NCBI GenBank assembly: GCA_028534125.1
Contig: CM052817.1
Span: 68,078,001-68,142,000, forward strand
DNA: 64,000 nt
Direction of reading: 5' to 3'
DNA from: Lama glama
Lineage: Eukaryota
Part shown: in pieces, positions 12,166-23,111 of the stretch
How positions within the stretch are numbered: position 1 is the first letter of the stretch
How the letters are laid out: the number at the start of each line of letters is the position of its first letter
Translations under genes and position numbers: made by a program
Notes under the pieces: generated by a model
What the model was told of the DNA's origin: nothing
The model's database searches: none
What the model saw: only the letters and a program-made list of their open reading frames with translations

Positions 12166-14159
12166 TCCCAAATAGAATTCCATGAAACTCTGGAGTTACT
12201 AAGATGTCAACAAGTGTTCTGGGAAACAGGCTCTGGGGCTCAAAAATCTGGGACAAGTTATTTTATACAAGAATTTCCAAGAACTTTAATATGTACATTG
12301 TGACTCCCCAAGGTGATAAAAATGGGTGATAAAAATTTTGCTAATTTATTAAACATGAAGCCCTTTGTTTAAAGAAAACCTAGTAACATACCACGGGATG
12401 CTTGTGATCGACTATATAGTTTGAAATACGACCACGGAGTCCAATTTCCTCTTTCCATGGTTTAATAAAATGAGGCACAGAGAGGTTAAATTACTCACTT
12501 AAGGCCACACAAAACGTTAGTAACACGGCCAGGAGGCCTGATGACTCCTGCCGGGACGCTCTTTCCCCTCTACCACCCTGTCTCGCTTCAGTACTATTTC
12601 TACAAAGTTCCACACCTATTAAAAGGAAAAACAGTACTGCATCTATCATTTATTCTAATTCTCTGAATGGTGGTAAAGACAAACCATTTACAGAAACGAA
12701 ACTCAGAACTCGTCTACCTCCCAACTGCACTAGTACTTCAGAGACCTGGGATATCTCTCGAAATGTGGGAAGTGATTCCACCGTGATAATGCTAAATAAC
12801 GCTTTCCGGCCAACCAGCGCTAGCTATACTCATGTTCTTTGAAGTGGGAGAACTGCTGTCTACCATGCACAGAGACACTGCCAGAGTTTAAAAGATCCAA
12901 TTTGTGACCATCTTTACAAAGAGCAAACTGTTCAGCTGTTTGTTGTTTCCCCCTTACCTCCTCCTCCGACCCTAAAGAGGTTTCCTTTCACTTTGGCCCA
13001 CCCTTCCAGCAAGTAGCGAGCAGTCCCGGGCCAACGACGCCATCTGGCGTTTAGTTCAGGAATTGTTTGACCCGGCAATACCTTCCAATTCCTGTCTTAC
13101 CACCTGGCCTCTACCCCATATCACGTTCTCCTTTCTTCCAATTCTTGCCCATTTACCTCAGTAAAAACCTTTTTTCTTCTTTTCTGTCATTTATCCCAAC
13201 TCAGTGAAACACTTATTTGTGGTATTCTAGTTACAGAAAAATGAGTCTGAAAATAACTTGTAAATAGAAAAACAAATGACAGCGAGAAGCCAATATAGCC
13301 TCAGAAATGCCCTAACAGAGGCTCTGCCCCAATACCGAAAGCTAAGAGTAACTATTATTCATCCAATGCCTCCAAGGAATGTCCGCAGTAAGAAGGAACT
13401 TAAAGATCGCTGTTAGGTCAATCGCTTTATTTTACAGCTAAAGAAATTGGCTTCGGAAGACATGAAGCAATCACTTGCCCAACAGCACACAAGTTAATGC
13501 AGAGCCATAATTAAGGCCCAAGACTCCCCATTCCAAAGGGGCTATATCATATGCTCCAAGATACTCAAGACTGTTTTTTCTCAGCCAACGTTCAAGTAGA
13601 ATTTTTTAGTGTTTTAAAATTTTTCTTAATAAACTATATTGATATTATGAATCCCTTCAGGGCAGAGCCCATAACTAAAACCCCAGTGCCACATCTAACA
13701 GTGCCTAGTGCACTTCATAAATATTTATTGACTTTTTTGTATATTATTTATTACTGTATTTATTGCAGATCTAGAATATTTTCATCCTACTATGAGTTAA
13801 GACAATTTTTATCTACTAAAAAAACTCACTTATTTTGGAACAGTGCTTCTATGGAAAGCTGTTCCTCAAATTGTAGACTTTTGCGACAATCCATTCAGAA
13901 ATTTGGGTCTTCTTGTTAATGGTTCCCCTCTACCTAATTAGTCTTGAACAAATAAAGATTGAAAAGAATATGTAGTATAGAGGAAAAGGCAACCAATTTC
14001 GAAGAAAATGGGAATTTCAGTATTAGCAGCATTATAACCACAAAACTAAACAAATTCAGTTTTCTGTCCTATAAACTGCTCCTCAACCCTAAGCTCAGGT
14101 AGGACACATGTAAATATTTTTAAAATTACAGGGATCAATAATGATCACAGGTTTTAATA

Positions 14160-14345
14160 ATAATAACTTATATTCTAGACCCAATGACTAATCACTTTGT
14201 ATTCACTATGTCATGTAATTCTTAGTCTTATTTTCACAGATGAGAAAAACCAAGGCTCAGCAAGTTAGGAAACTCGTCCAGGGTCACAGAGCTAAGAGCT
14301 AAAGAATCCAGAATTCGAGCTGAGATCTGAAAGTCTCCAGAGCTG
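14160..14345 (-). mobile_element. MIR SINE
   Basis: attttcacagatgagaaaaaccaaggctcag...gtccagggtcacagagctaag. Confidence 0.7.
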
Positions 14346-14689
14346 GAGGTCCCTGCAGGTGGGCCATAAGGCCAGGCCGACTTTACAGGGGAAAGAAAAA
14401 AGTACTACTCCCCTCAGAGCTCTGAAATCAGCGAGGCATGAAAGCAACTCAACCAACCTCGCTATTTCACGTCATAGCCTACACAGTGAAATATCAGGAT
14501 GCAAAGAAAAATGAGAAGAACGAAGATCTTCACTGGCCAGGTTAGTGCCCCCAAGTGGCCTTGCCCTCTAGGCTTGTTCAGTTTGGGGAGAAGAGGCCAC
14601 TCTCGAATTAATATGGCTCTTGATCATGGATCGCATTCAAGGTGCAAATTTGAGAGAATAAATTCATGCTTCTGGAAGAAGAGCCTTCA

Positions 14690-15560
14690 TCAGAGTGCCC
14701 CGTCATCCCCGAAAAAGAAAACTGGACCAGGCATCTCCAAAGTTCCGCCCGCCTCTCCCATCGCGGGCGGCCCTCCCCTAGAAGAAGCTGTGCTACGCCC
14801 ACCGGGAGGGCGGGCCGGGGGAGGACTCCGCTCCTTCCGGTTCACCACGACGTCGCGCGGCCCCAGAACGCCGGTGGCGGCTGGGTTGGCGGCTGGGTTA
14901 ACGGCTGCCGGCCGCGCCAGGTGACCGCGCGCTCCGCCCGCGGCTCCGGAAGGGCAGCTGGCAGCTCCCAGGGTGACTGGCGCGGCTCCACCCTGCGTCT
15001 CAGCGCTCTGCGTGTGGGGACTGAGTCCGCCGCCCCCATCGCCGGCAGCTTTCGTGGCTCAGCACGGGCCCCCGCGTGCGGGAAGGCGGCCCGAAAGAGG
15101 CAGGGATGGAGGCCGCGCGGGCGCACAGGTCCTAGCACGAGCCTGCGGCTCTCCGCGCGGTGGGGCCCCGCGAGCTACTTACTGAAGTAAAGGCGGTAAT
15201 CGGGCGAGTGGGGCTGGCCGCGCTCCTCCGTGCGGTACAAGGCCATGGCGCGGCGCGGCCCGGGCACTGCGCTCGCTCCCCGCGGCAGGCGGGCGGCGGT
15301 GGCGGCGGGGATGCCCACGGGCCAGGCCCAGTTCGTACGCAGCAGCGGCAGCAGCGCACGCATGGCGTCGATTGCCGTCCGGCTTCGCGCGAGTGGTGCG
15401 TCGGGACCGGCCCGGCCGCGCGACGGCGCCCCCTACCGCCCGGAGTCGTCACTCCACTGGATCCCCACCCCCACCAGGCTGGCCCTGGGAATCCTCGGAG
15501 AAATGAGAGAGCCCAGCGAATTGCCAGTAATGCACACTGGAACCGCTGCGAGACCCGGGT
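14690..15560. promoter_or_regulatory. CpG island / PPA2 promoter, exon 1 and proximal intron 1
   Basis: Very GC-rich and CpG-dense. Contains GC boxes and ETS/GABP-type cores CTTCCGG (14834-14840) and CCGGAAG (14946-14952). No TATA box seen. Confidence 0.9.
15183..15363 (-). CDS. PPA2: PPA2 coding exon 1 (mitochondrial presequence and start of the mature inorganic pyrophosphatase 2)
   Basis: Translates as [10 protein letters not shown]...[26 protein letters not shown], matching the recalled mammalian PPA2 N-terminus (human [25 protein letters not shown]; mouse MRALLPLL). ATG is in gacgccATGc context. The exon ends in phase 1 at an A|GTAAGT donor (GT at 15182-15181). Confidence 0.97.
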
Positions 15561-16443
15561 TCAAAGACGAGCAAAACCAGGTCCACTGCCCCTGAAGAGC
15601 TCATTGCCACTTCCTAATGCATACATGCATTAATTCCTTTACTCAGCCAGTCAGTATTTACTAACATAATAGTGTTTTTATTATAATGACATAATATCGA
15701 GTGATTACTCCGTCCCAAGCACTGCTCTAGATCCTGGCCAATGTAGGGGACAAGCATGTACACACAAAAGCATCACTATTAGACATAATGATCAGGCCTC
15801 CTTGTGAAGACTTGACCTTGACACTGACTTACAGAGCAGAAAACGGAAACTTCCTCAAATGCCTTCTCCATGAAGCCCTATCCTATTTAGTCCAAGTAGA
15901 GGTGATTTATCTTTTTTTTCTCTCACATTTTCATTTATACAGTGGCACTTGGGACTATGCATGTATGTTCTTGATCTTAAATTCCCTTTATTACCCTGAC
16001 CAGCCCGCTGGATTGTCTATATGCCAAGCACTTAAGATTTGAGATTTCATATTTTTGAAGGATGGAGCATTCATCATATCTTGCATAGATAATGGCTCCT
16101 TTATTGTTGAGTTAAATTGTTCCTGGAACTCCCTCTTACCAAATCTTTCTCATGATGGAATTCTGGTTATTGGCTTTCCCAAAAAACTTACAGAAACATC
16201 ATACATGGACACTATCTCCACTTCTTCATGCTCTTCCTGCATCTCAGCCCAAATGGCTTCTTCCACCTTCTCACAGTTATCCATGATCTGCTTCTTGTCA
16301 AATACGAAGGTCAGTTCTCATAATGAATCAGAGAGAATCCAGAAGAGAGTGGTAAATAAAATATTTTAAAATTAGGAATCAAAACTTAAAGAAAAATTTC
16401 AATTATTCAGTCTATAATAGTGAAAGGAAGAATAGTAATTTTT

Positions 16444-17585
16444 GTTGTACACATGAAACTTATATAATATTGTACATCAACTACCTCAATAAAAATTTTA
16501 AATTAAAAATAGAAAATAATTATACATAAAAGCTTTTGCACAGCAAAGGAAACCGTAAATAATGGGAGAAAATACTTGCAAATGATGCAACTGACAAAGG
16601 TTTAATTTCCAGAATATACAAACATCTCATACAACTTAAAAAAAACAAACAACCCAGTCAAAAATGGGCAAAAGACCTAAACAAACATTCCTCCAATGAA
16701 CACATACAAATGGCCAATAGACATGTGAAAAAATAATATCATTATCAGAGAAATGTAAATCAAACCTATAATGAGGTATCACCTCACACCAGTCAGAATG
16801 ACCATCATTCAAAAGTCCACAAACAGTAAATGCTGGAGAGGGTGTGGGAAAAGAGGACCCTCCTGCACTACTGGTGGGAATGTAGTTTAGTGCAACCATT
16901 ATGGAAAACAGTATGGAGATCTCTTAAAAAACTGAAAATAGACTTAACCCCATGATCCAGCAATCCCACTCTTGAGCATATATCTGGAGGAAACTAATTC
17001 GAAAAGATACATGCACCCCAGTGTTCACAGCAGCATTATTTACAATAGCCAAGACATGGAAACAACCAAAACGTCTATCGACAGATGACTGAGTAAAGAA
17101 GATGTGGTATATTTATATGATGAAATACTACTCAGCCGTAAAAGGATAAAATAATGCCATTTGCAGCATCATGAATGGACCTGGAGATCATCAGACTAAG
17201 TGAAATAAGCCAGAAAAGAAAGAAAAATACCATATGATATCACTTACGTGTGGAATCTTTAAAAAAAAGAAGAAAGAAAGACAGAAATGAAGTTATTTAC
17301 TGAACAGAGACAGGCTCACAGACATAGAAAACAAACTTATGGTTACCAGGAGGGAAAGAGGATGGGGAGGGATAAATTGGGAGTTCAGGATTTGCAGATA
17401 ATAACTACTATATATAAAATAGATAACAACAAAGACCTACTGTATAGCACAGGGAATTATATTCAATAACTTGTAATAGTCTATAATGAAAAAATATGAA
17501 AAGGAACATACACATATATAAACAAACCGCTCTACTGTACACCAGAAATTAACACATTATAAATTAACTATACTTCAATAAAAAT
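16444..17585 (+). mobile_element. Composite L1: short 3' tail (16444-16510) followed by a ~1.07-kb lineage-type L1 3' fragment
   Basis: End of ORF2 plus 3' UTR ending tatacttcaataaaa. One 17-bp TSD, gaagaatagtaattttt (16427-16443) / gaagagtagcaattttt (17586-17602), flanks both pieces. Confidence 0.9.
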
Positions 17586-18029
17586 GAAGAGTAGCAATTT
17601 TTCAGAAAGAGGCCCAAAAAGTGCACTTGTGATCTTTGCAGAAACTAAGTAAAAGTTTTAATTAAAAGAGAACTCATTTTAAAAATAATAATCCTCTTAA
17701 ATTACTGTAATAAAAATTAGCAAATGAATGAAATGTTAATAAGCACAATGAATACATAAATTCATATAAAAATAGAATTCTAGCTTAAAATTCTGACTCT
17801 TGCAAGATAAACATCTTTATGTAGAATACATTAATTTATAGTAACTAAGTCACGATTGCAGGTCTGGTCCAATTCAAACGAGTTAACCTCTCTCTGTTCC
17901 ATGGCTACACACTACATCCTCTGGTTTAAAAATTGGTTGAAACAAACTTTTACTCACAAATATATGAAAGCCGAAGTCTCATCAAGATGACTCTATAGCC
18001 ATCGTGTAATTTTATATAGAGAGAATAGT

Positions 18030-18451
18030 ACTTAAATCTAGGCAGTGGTCAGCATTTTGAGCAACATAAATGTCTGGAGGTGACACAGGGCTCTCCCATG
18101 TAAGGGAGCCAAGTTATCTTGGTGCTCATGTGTGTTTGATCTTCATTGCTAAGTTAACCATCAAATGAGTTCAAAATGAGTGCTGCAGCTCTGAGTATCA
18201 CATCCTCATTCTACCTAGCAAGAAAGAAGAAAAAAGGAGATGTGCCCTTCCCTTAACAACACGTCCCAGAAATTGCATATACCATATATACTTGCATCCC
18301 ACTGAGCAGCACTTAGTCGACTGACCGTAACTAACTATGAACCAGCATCCTTTTTGTCTGGGTGTTCATAAGCCCAGATGAAAATTAGGAGACATACTAC
18401 AAAAGAAGAAAAGGAAACTGAGTATTGAAGAACAACCAGCAGTCTTCCACA
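18030..18451 (-). mobile_element. MaLR LTR (MLT1J/K-like)
   Basis: aaaatgagtgctgcagctctgagtatcacatcc...cccagaaattgca...cagcagtcttccaca. Confidence 0.6.
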
Positions 18452-19010
18452 AATGTCTTTTTCTTTCCTTGTAGTCCAATTTCCTTGCAAAGTTCTATGA
18501 GAACTCTACATATTTCTGCTCCAATTGTGAGCAAGGTTCATATTCTTGGGCACCTGAGTTCTTTCAGCATCTCCAATTATTTCGTTATGGTTAAAATTAG
18601 GACACTGGTCTACCCAAGTTCCAGAAAGCATCTCTAGGAGATATTGCCACTAATCACTTAGACTCCCAACAGATTATAGATCCTAAAATGTTTTTAACAA
18701 CAGTAGTGACTTTGTAATGTATCAGCTTGCTTAGGCCAAAACTATAAGGCAGACTCTCCCATAAAAAAGGGAAATTTCTTTTGTGCATATATCACTGTGG
18801 CTGTATAATTTTATTGTTTCCTTATGTAGAAAAAAAGCTGAATTGTTCTATTAACCTTTGAAGTTCAGACATTTCAACAAGACAAAATCCTACTGGGACG
18901 AAGTGGTGGGCTAATTTCTAATGATCTATGTATTCTTAGGTCAAGATCAAACATTCCAGGTGTCTGATTCTTAGATATATTATTGCTTTCATGGCATTAA
19001 AAACAATGGC

Positions 19011-19471
19011 TTTTTTTTTAAAAAATTGAGGTATAGTTGATATTCAGTATTATATAAGTTTCAGGTTACAACCTAGTGATTGACAATTTTTAAAGGTTAT
19101 ATTCAGTTTATAGTTATTATAAATGATAAGCTATATTCCCTGTGTTGTACAGCATAGCCTTGTAGCTTATTTATTTTATGCAGAGTCATTTGTACCTCTT
19201 AATGCCCTAGCCCCATCTTGCTCCTCCCTCCTTCCCCCTCCCCACTGGTCACCACTAGTTTGTCCTCTATATCTGTGAGTCTGGTTTTTTTGTTGTTGTT
19301 GTTGTTATATTCACTAGTTTGTTGTATATTTTAGATTGCACGTATAAGTGATACCATACAGTATTTGTCTTTCTCTGTCTGACTTATTTTACTTAGGGCA
19401 ATATCCTCCAAGTCCATCTATGTTGTTGCAAATGGCAAAATTTCATTCTTTTTTCATGGCTGAGTAGTATT
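19011..19471 (-). mobile_element. 5'-truncated L1 3' end (artiodactyl type)
   Basis: Poly(T), then aattgaggtatagttga...tggctgagtagtat. TSD aaacaatggc (19001-19010) / aaacaatgac (19472-19481). Confidence 0.9.
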
Positions 19472-20049
19472 AAACAATGACTTTCTTTAGAAAATGGTGA
19501 AGAATCTTCCCCAGAGAACTCTTCCTCAAATTAACACCATAATGTTTCCTAACACTTGTAGTTATCCACTGGCAGAATTCAGCATATAGTTCTGAGCACT
19601 GTCTTGCCAGTAGCTTTCCTTAACATATCCAGTTGGCAGCTGCCCATAAGTTATGTGCATCCTGATTGGAAGAAACCAGTAAACATATTAAGCATATTTA
19701 GAATATGAAGTGTTTACTTACAATGAAATACTGACACTTGTTATTTTGTAAATTACATTTTTAATATTACCAAGTTTATCTTGCATTCAGAAAAGGAAAT
19801 AATGAATTTTACTTACAAAATGATCATTTATTGTTAATTCCTTTTACTCCCTACAATTTACTGAAATATTTAAGAATCAGAATTAAGAGTGTGAAATATC
19901 AATGATAAGAAATAATAATAGGTAAACTAGGTTAGTTAAGTTCTTTAAAATTTTTAAATATGAATTTCTGAGGATAATATTTATTACATAACCTTTTAAC
20001 TGTTTCAGATTTAGACATTGGTCTTCCAGGAGTGACATCTTGTATCACC

Positions 20050-20570
20050 AGGTAGCAAGGATAAGTCTCAATTCTAGGAGTTTACAAGTTAGAGAGTAAA
20101 GACAAATACACACAAAAATATTAAATAACATTTCTAGAGTTTCCAAAATACAAAACCACCAGAGGTTCTTGAATTGGAATTGATTTTATAAACTGATGGT
20201 TTAGAAAATCATTTAGAAATAATATGTAGGAGGGGCCAGAATAGAGAATAAAAGAAAGTGTCCCGGTGTTGACAGTAACTCAAATATCAGGTGATCAGGT
20301 CACAGACATTAGTCCTGGCAGTGGATACAGAAAGGAATGTAGGGTTTGGAAAAGTTCACAAAATTTGATGCCTGATTGGAGGTAATAAAATGATGACAGA
20401 AGAGGTAAAAAAAAAAATCCCTCAGTTTTCTATACAGAAGAAGGACAGCAACAACAACAAAACGTGTTATTCCCAGATAAAAGGAAATAAAAGTGGGAGA
20501 TAAACTTGGAGATAAAATGAAAAATTTGCCTTAGGACACGTTGAGTGTGAAACAATGCAGATAGCTCCTC
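20050..20570 (-). mobile_element. L2 fragment (degenerate)
   Basis: ctaggagtttacaagttagag...ttaggacacgttgagtgtga. Confidence 0.5.
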
Positions 20571-20594
20571 CTAAAGATGAACTTCTTTTCACTG

Positions 20595-20836
20595 GTTGGA
20601 CTCTCTGAGATGGAGTTTAGGATGCGCCATGTTCACTAGGTTGTACCCTCGGGACTGGTATGTGGAAATGAAGGTAAGAAAGCAATTTTGGGTAGAGGGA
20701 GAAGTTGAGCTGCATTGCAGGCCCAGCAATAACCTCAGCTGACCCCACAGAACACGCTGGGGCTTAAATGGCCAGTTAGAGTTGTCCAGTGTAGGGGCCA
20801 AAATCGTCGGACCGTTAGAACCGCAGTGATTGGATA
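20595..20836 (-). mobile_element. Partial LTR16-like ERVL LTR
   Basis: ctctgagatggagtttag...agagggagaagttgagctgc...cctcagctgaccccacag. Confidence 0.7.
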
Positions 20837-20837
20837 G

Positions 20838-20993
20838 ACTGTAACAAATGCCCCATTCTGATGAGAAATACTGACAGGAGGGCAACTGTGCGTGTGTGTG
20901 GGTGGAGAACTTAAGGGAAGCCCCTGTATCTTCTGCTCAGTTTTGCTGTGAACCTAAAACTGCTCTAAAAAAATAAGGTCAATAAAATAAAAA
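20838..20993 (+). mobile_element. L1MC/L1MB-like extreme 3' end
   Basis: tgtaacaaatg...ttttgctgtgaacctaaaactgctctaaaaaaataa. Confidence 0.8.
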
Positions 20994-22476
20994 TGATTCC
21001 AAGAGATTTAACATCTTTAACACTTCGGAAACAATATCTAGTATGGTAATTTAAATTTAGAAAGTGTATCATTCCTTGTCTCTTCTTATTATTTCTCTTT
21101 ATCATCTAATATAAAATATGTCTTATTTTAACTTCCTAACTACTAGTGCCTGTCATAGCATCATTAGCACCTTCAGATGCTGTATGTGTAACATACATTT
21201 GCTCCTAACTTGAAGAGCTGTTGCTTAAGTGTGGACATACTGTGCTACTTTTTGCAGCCTAGTCTGCAAAATCATTAAGTTTCAAGTTAAGTGGAAATTG
21301 GTTCTCCCGCAGGCGTTCAATGGACAGTGTCATTCTTTTGGAGATTCTAGCATACTCCTCTTTCTATTATTGGGAATTTTTTTTCATTTGATTTTTAAGC
21401 AAATGTCTCAGCTGATTATTATTTTACAAAATTTTACCCACCTCCTTCACAACCCCCAACTCTGCTGACTTAACGGAAAAGCTTAAATTCTCAGAGGTCC
21501 TTTTTTGGAAGTTATTTAATACCTAATTTGAAATATAAAAATTCTTTTTTCCAGATACGCAGCTATTAAATAGCAACTAATTTGAGCTCCCTCTTTGAAG
21601 GCTTCTTAATATAGATAGGATGAGTTTCTGAATGAAGCAAGAGTTCACTGGTAATCATTTTTCTCTTCATATTTTGCAGATCTCATATAAACCTTTATGT
21701 TAATTAAGCGAGATGTTTTTGTGAAAATTCTTGAAAAGATTGTTCAACTTAAAGATCAGGACATAGCTCCAGGTACCTTGAATAAAGAAAATATCTTCCT
21801 TATCTGGGTCAAGTGAAAAAGAGGTTTCCAACGTGTCTGACACCTCTGACTACCTGACAGAGAGCAAATGAGGGTCTCAGTGTTGGTGGTGCAGCCCTCA
21901 GGATGCCTAACAGCAAATTTGAATTTTATTTCCAAAGTTGTTTTTTTCCCTAACTCGACACTCTCAGAAGAGTCCCTGAGAACAAATCAATTGGTTTTAA
22001 AACAACCAGTAAGCACCTACCTGGAGGAAGGTACCGGGGGTGTCAGCAGCACAACTGTTTGTACAATCAAAACAGAGGCAGATTTGGGAGGAGGCTGGAC
22101 CAGAGCTGCAGAGAGCAGATACGAGGACCCATGTGTTCCTCTAAGTCTGTTCCTAAAGCCCAGAAGCCTTAAAAACAAAATCCCAGAAGACAAAGCCCCT
22201 TGTTCTACCTTAAAGTGACAAAAGGACAAATATCAAGATAACTCCTTGTAGAGTCTGTTTCCATTTGAAGAGAGGGACCAGGAAACTTGATCACTGGGTT
22301 TCATTGTCTACTGTTTGTTCTTTTTGGTGAAGCATGTTAGGGTAAAATAGTTAGAGAAAATTATGAAAATATCTGAAGCCAGCCTGGCTGGAAAAGCTGG
22401 AGGACAGACATCTGGGGAAACAGAGGGTTTTTGTGAAAAGAGCAGAGATTTAAAATGGATTTTAAAGAAGTTTTGT

Positions 22477-22835
22477 GAGTGAAATAAGTCAGAGAATGAC
22501 AAATATCATATGATCACTTATATGTGGAATCTAAAAAAAAAGACATAAATGAAGTTATTTACAAAACAGAAGTAGACTCACAGACATAGAAAACAAACGT
22601 ATGGTTACGAAAGGGGAAAGAGGGAAAGAGATAAATTAGGAGTTTGGGATTAACAGATACACATTACTATATATAAAATAAATAAACAACAAGGTCCCAC
22701 TGTATAGCACAAGGAGCTATAGTCAGTATCTTGTAATAAACCTGTAACAAAAAAGAACATGAAAAAGAATGTATGTATAACTGAATCACTATGCTATACA
22801 CAATATTGTAAATCAACTATACTTTAATATAAAAT
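22477..22835 (+). mobile_element. 5'-truncated L1 3' end
   Basis: agtgaaataagtcagag...gactcacagacatagaaaacaaac...attgtaaatcaactatact. Confidence 0.88.
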
Positions 22836-23111
22836 TTTTTTTTGCCCTATATAGTGAAATGTAACTCTTTCCTGAGACTTACTTTGAAGGTTACAGGGAC
22901 ATCAACAGTCTGAGTTAGACTTAACGTTTTAAGGAAGTTGCAATACACTAAGACTGGCCTCCATGTAATTTAGATACATGAGAGTTACATATAATTACAT
23001 ATATGTTTAAATAGGCACATTTCTACTGTATCATAGAATACAGATATGTATTTAATTTTAAGGATAAAACATGAATCATCAGAGAAATTTCAAGATTCAG
23101 GGATTTTGGGT

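Larger units (their letters stand above)
934..15182 (-). other. PPA2: PPA2 intron 1 (about 14.2 kb, GT-AG)
   Basis: Bounded by the exon 1 donor and the exon 2 acceptor. Confidence 0.93.

Noticed and set aside
14499..15633. Many long overlapping ORFs (98-174 aa) on both strands
   Set aside because: Expected in a GC-rich CpG island with few stop codons. The peptides are low-complexity, and only the PPA2 frame has homology and splice support.
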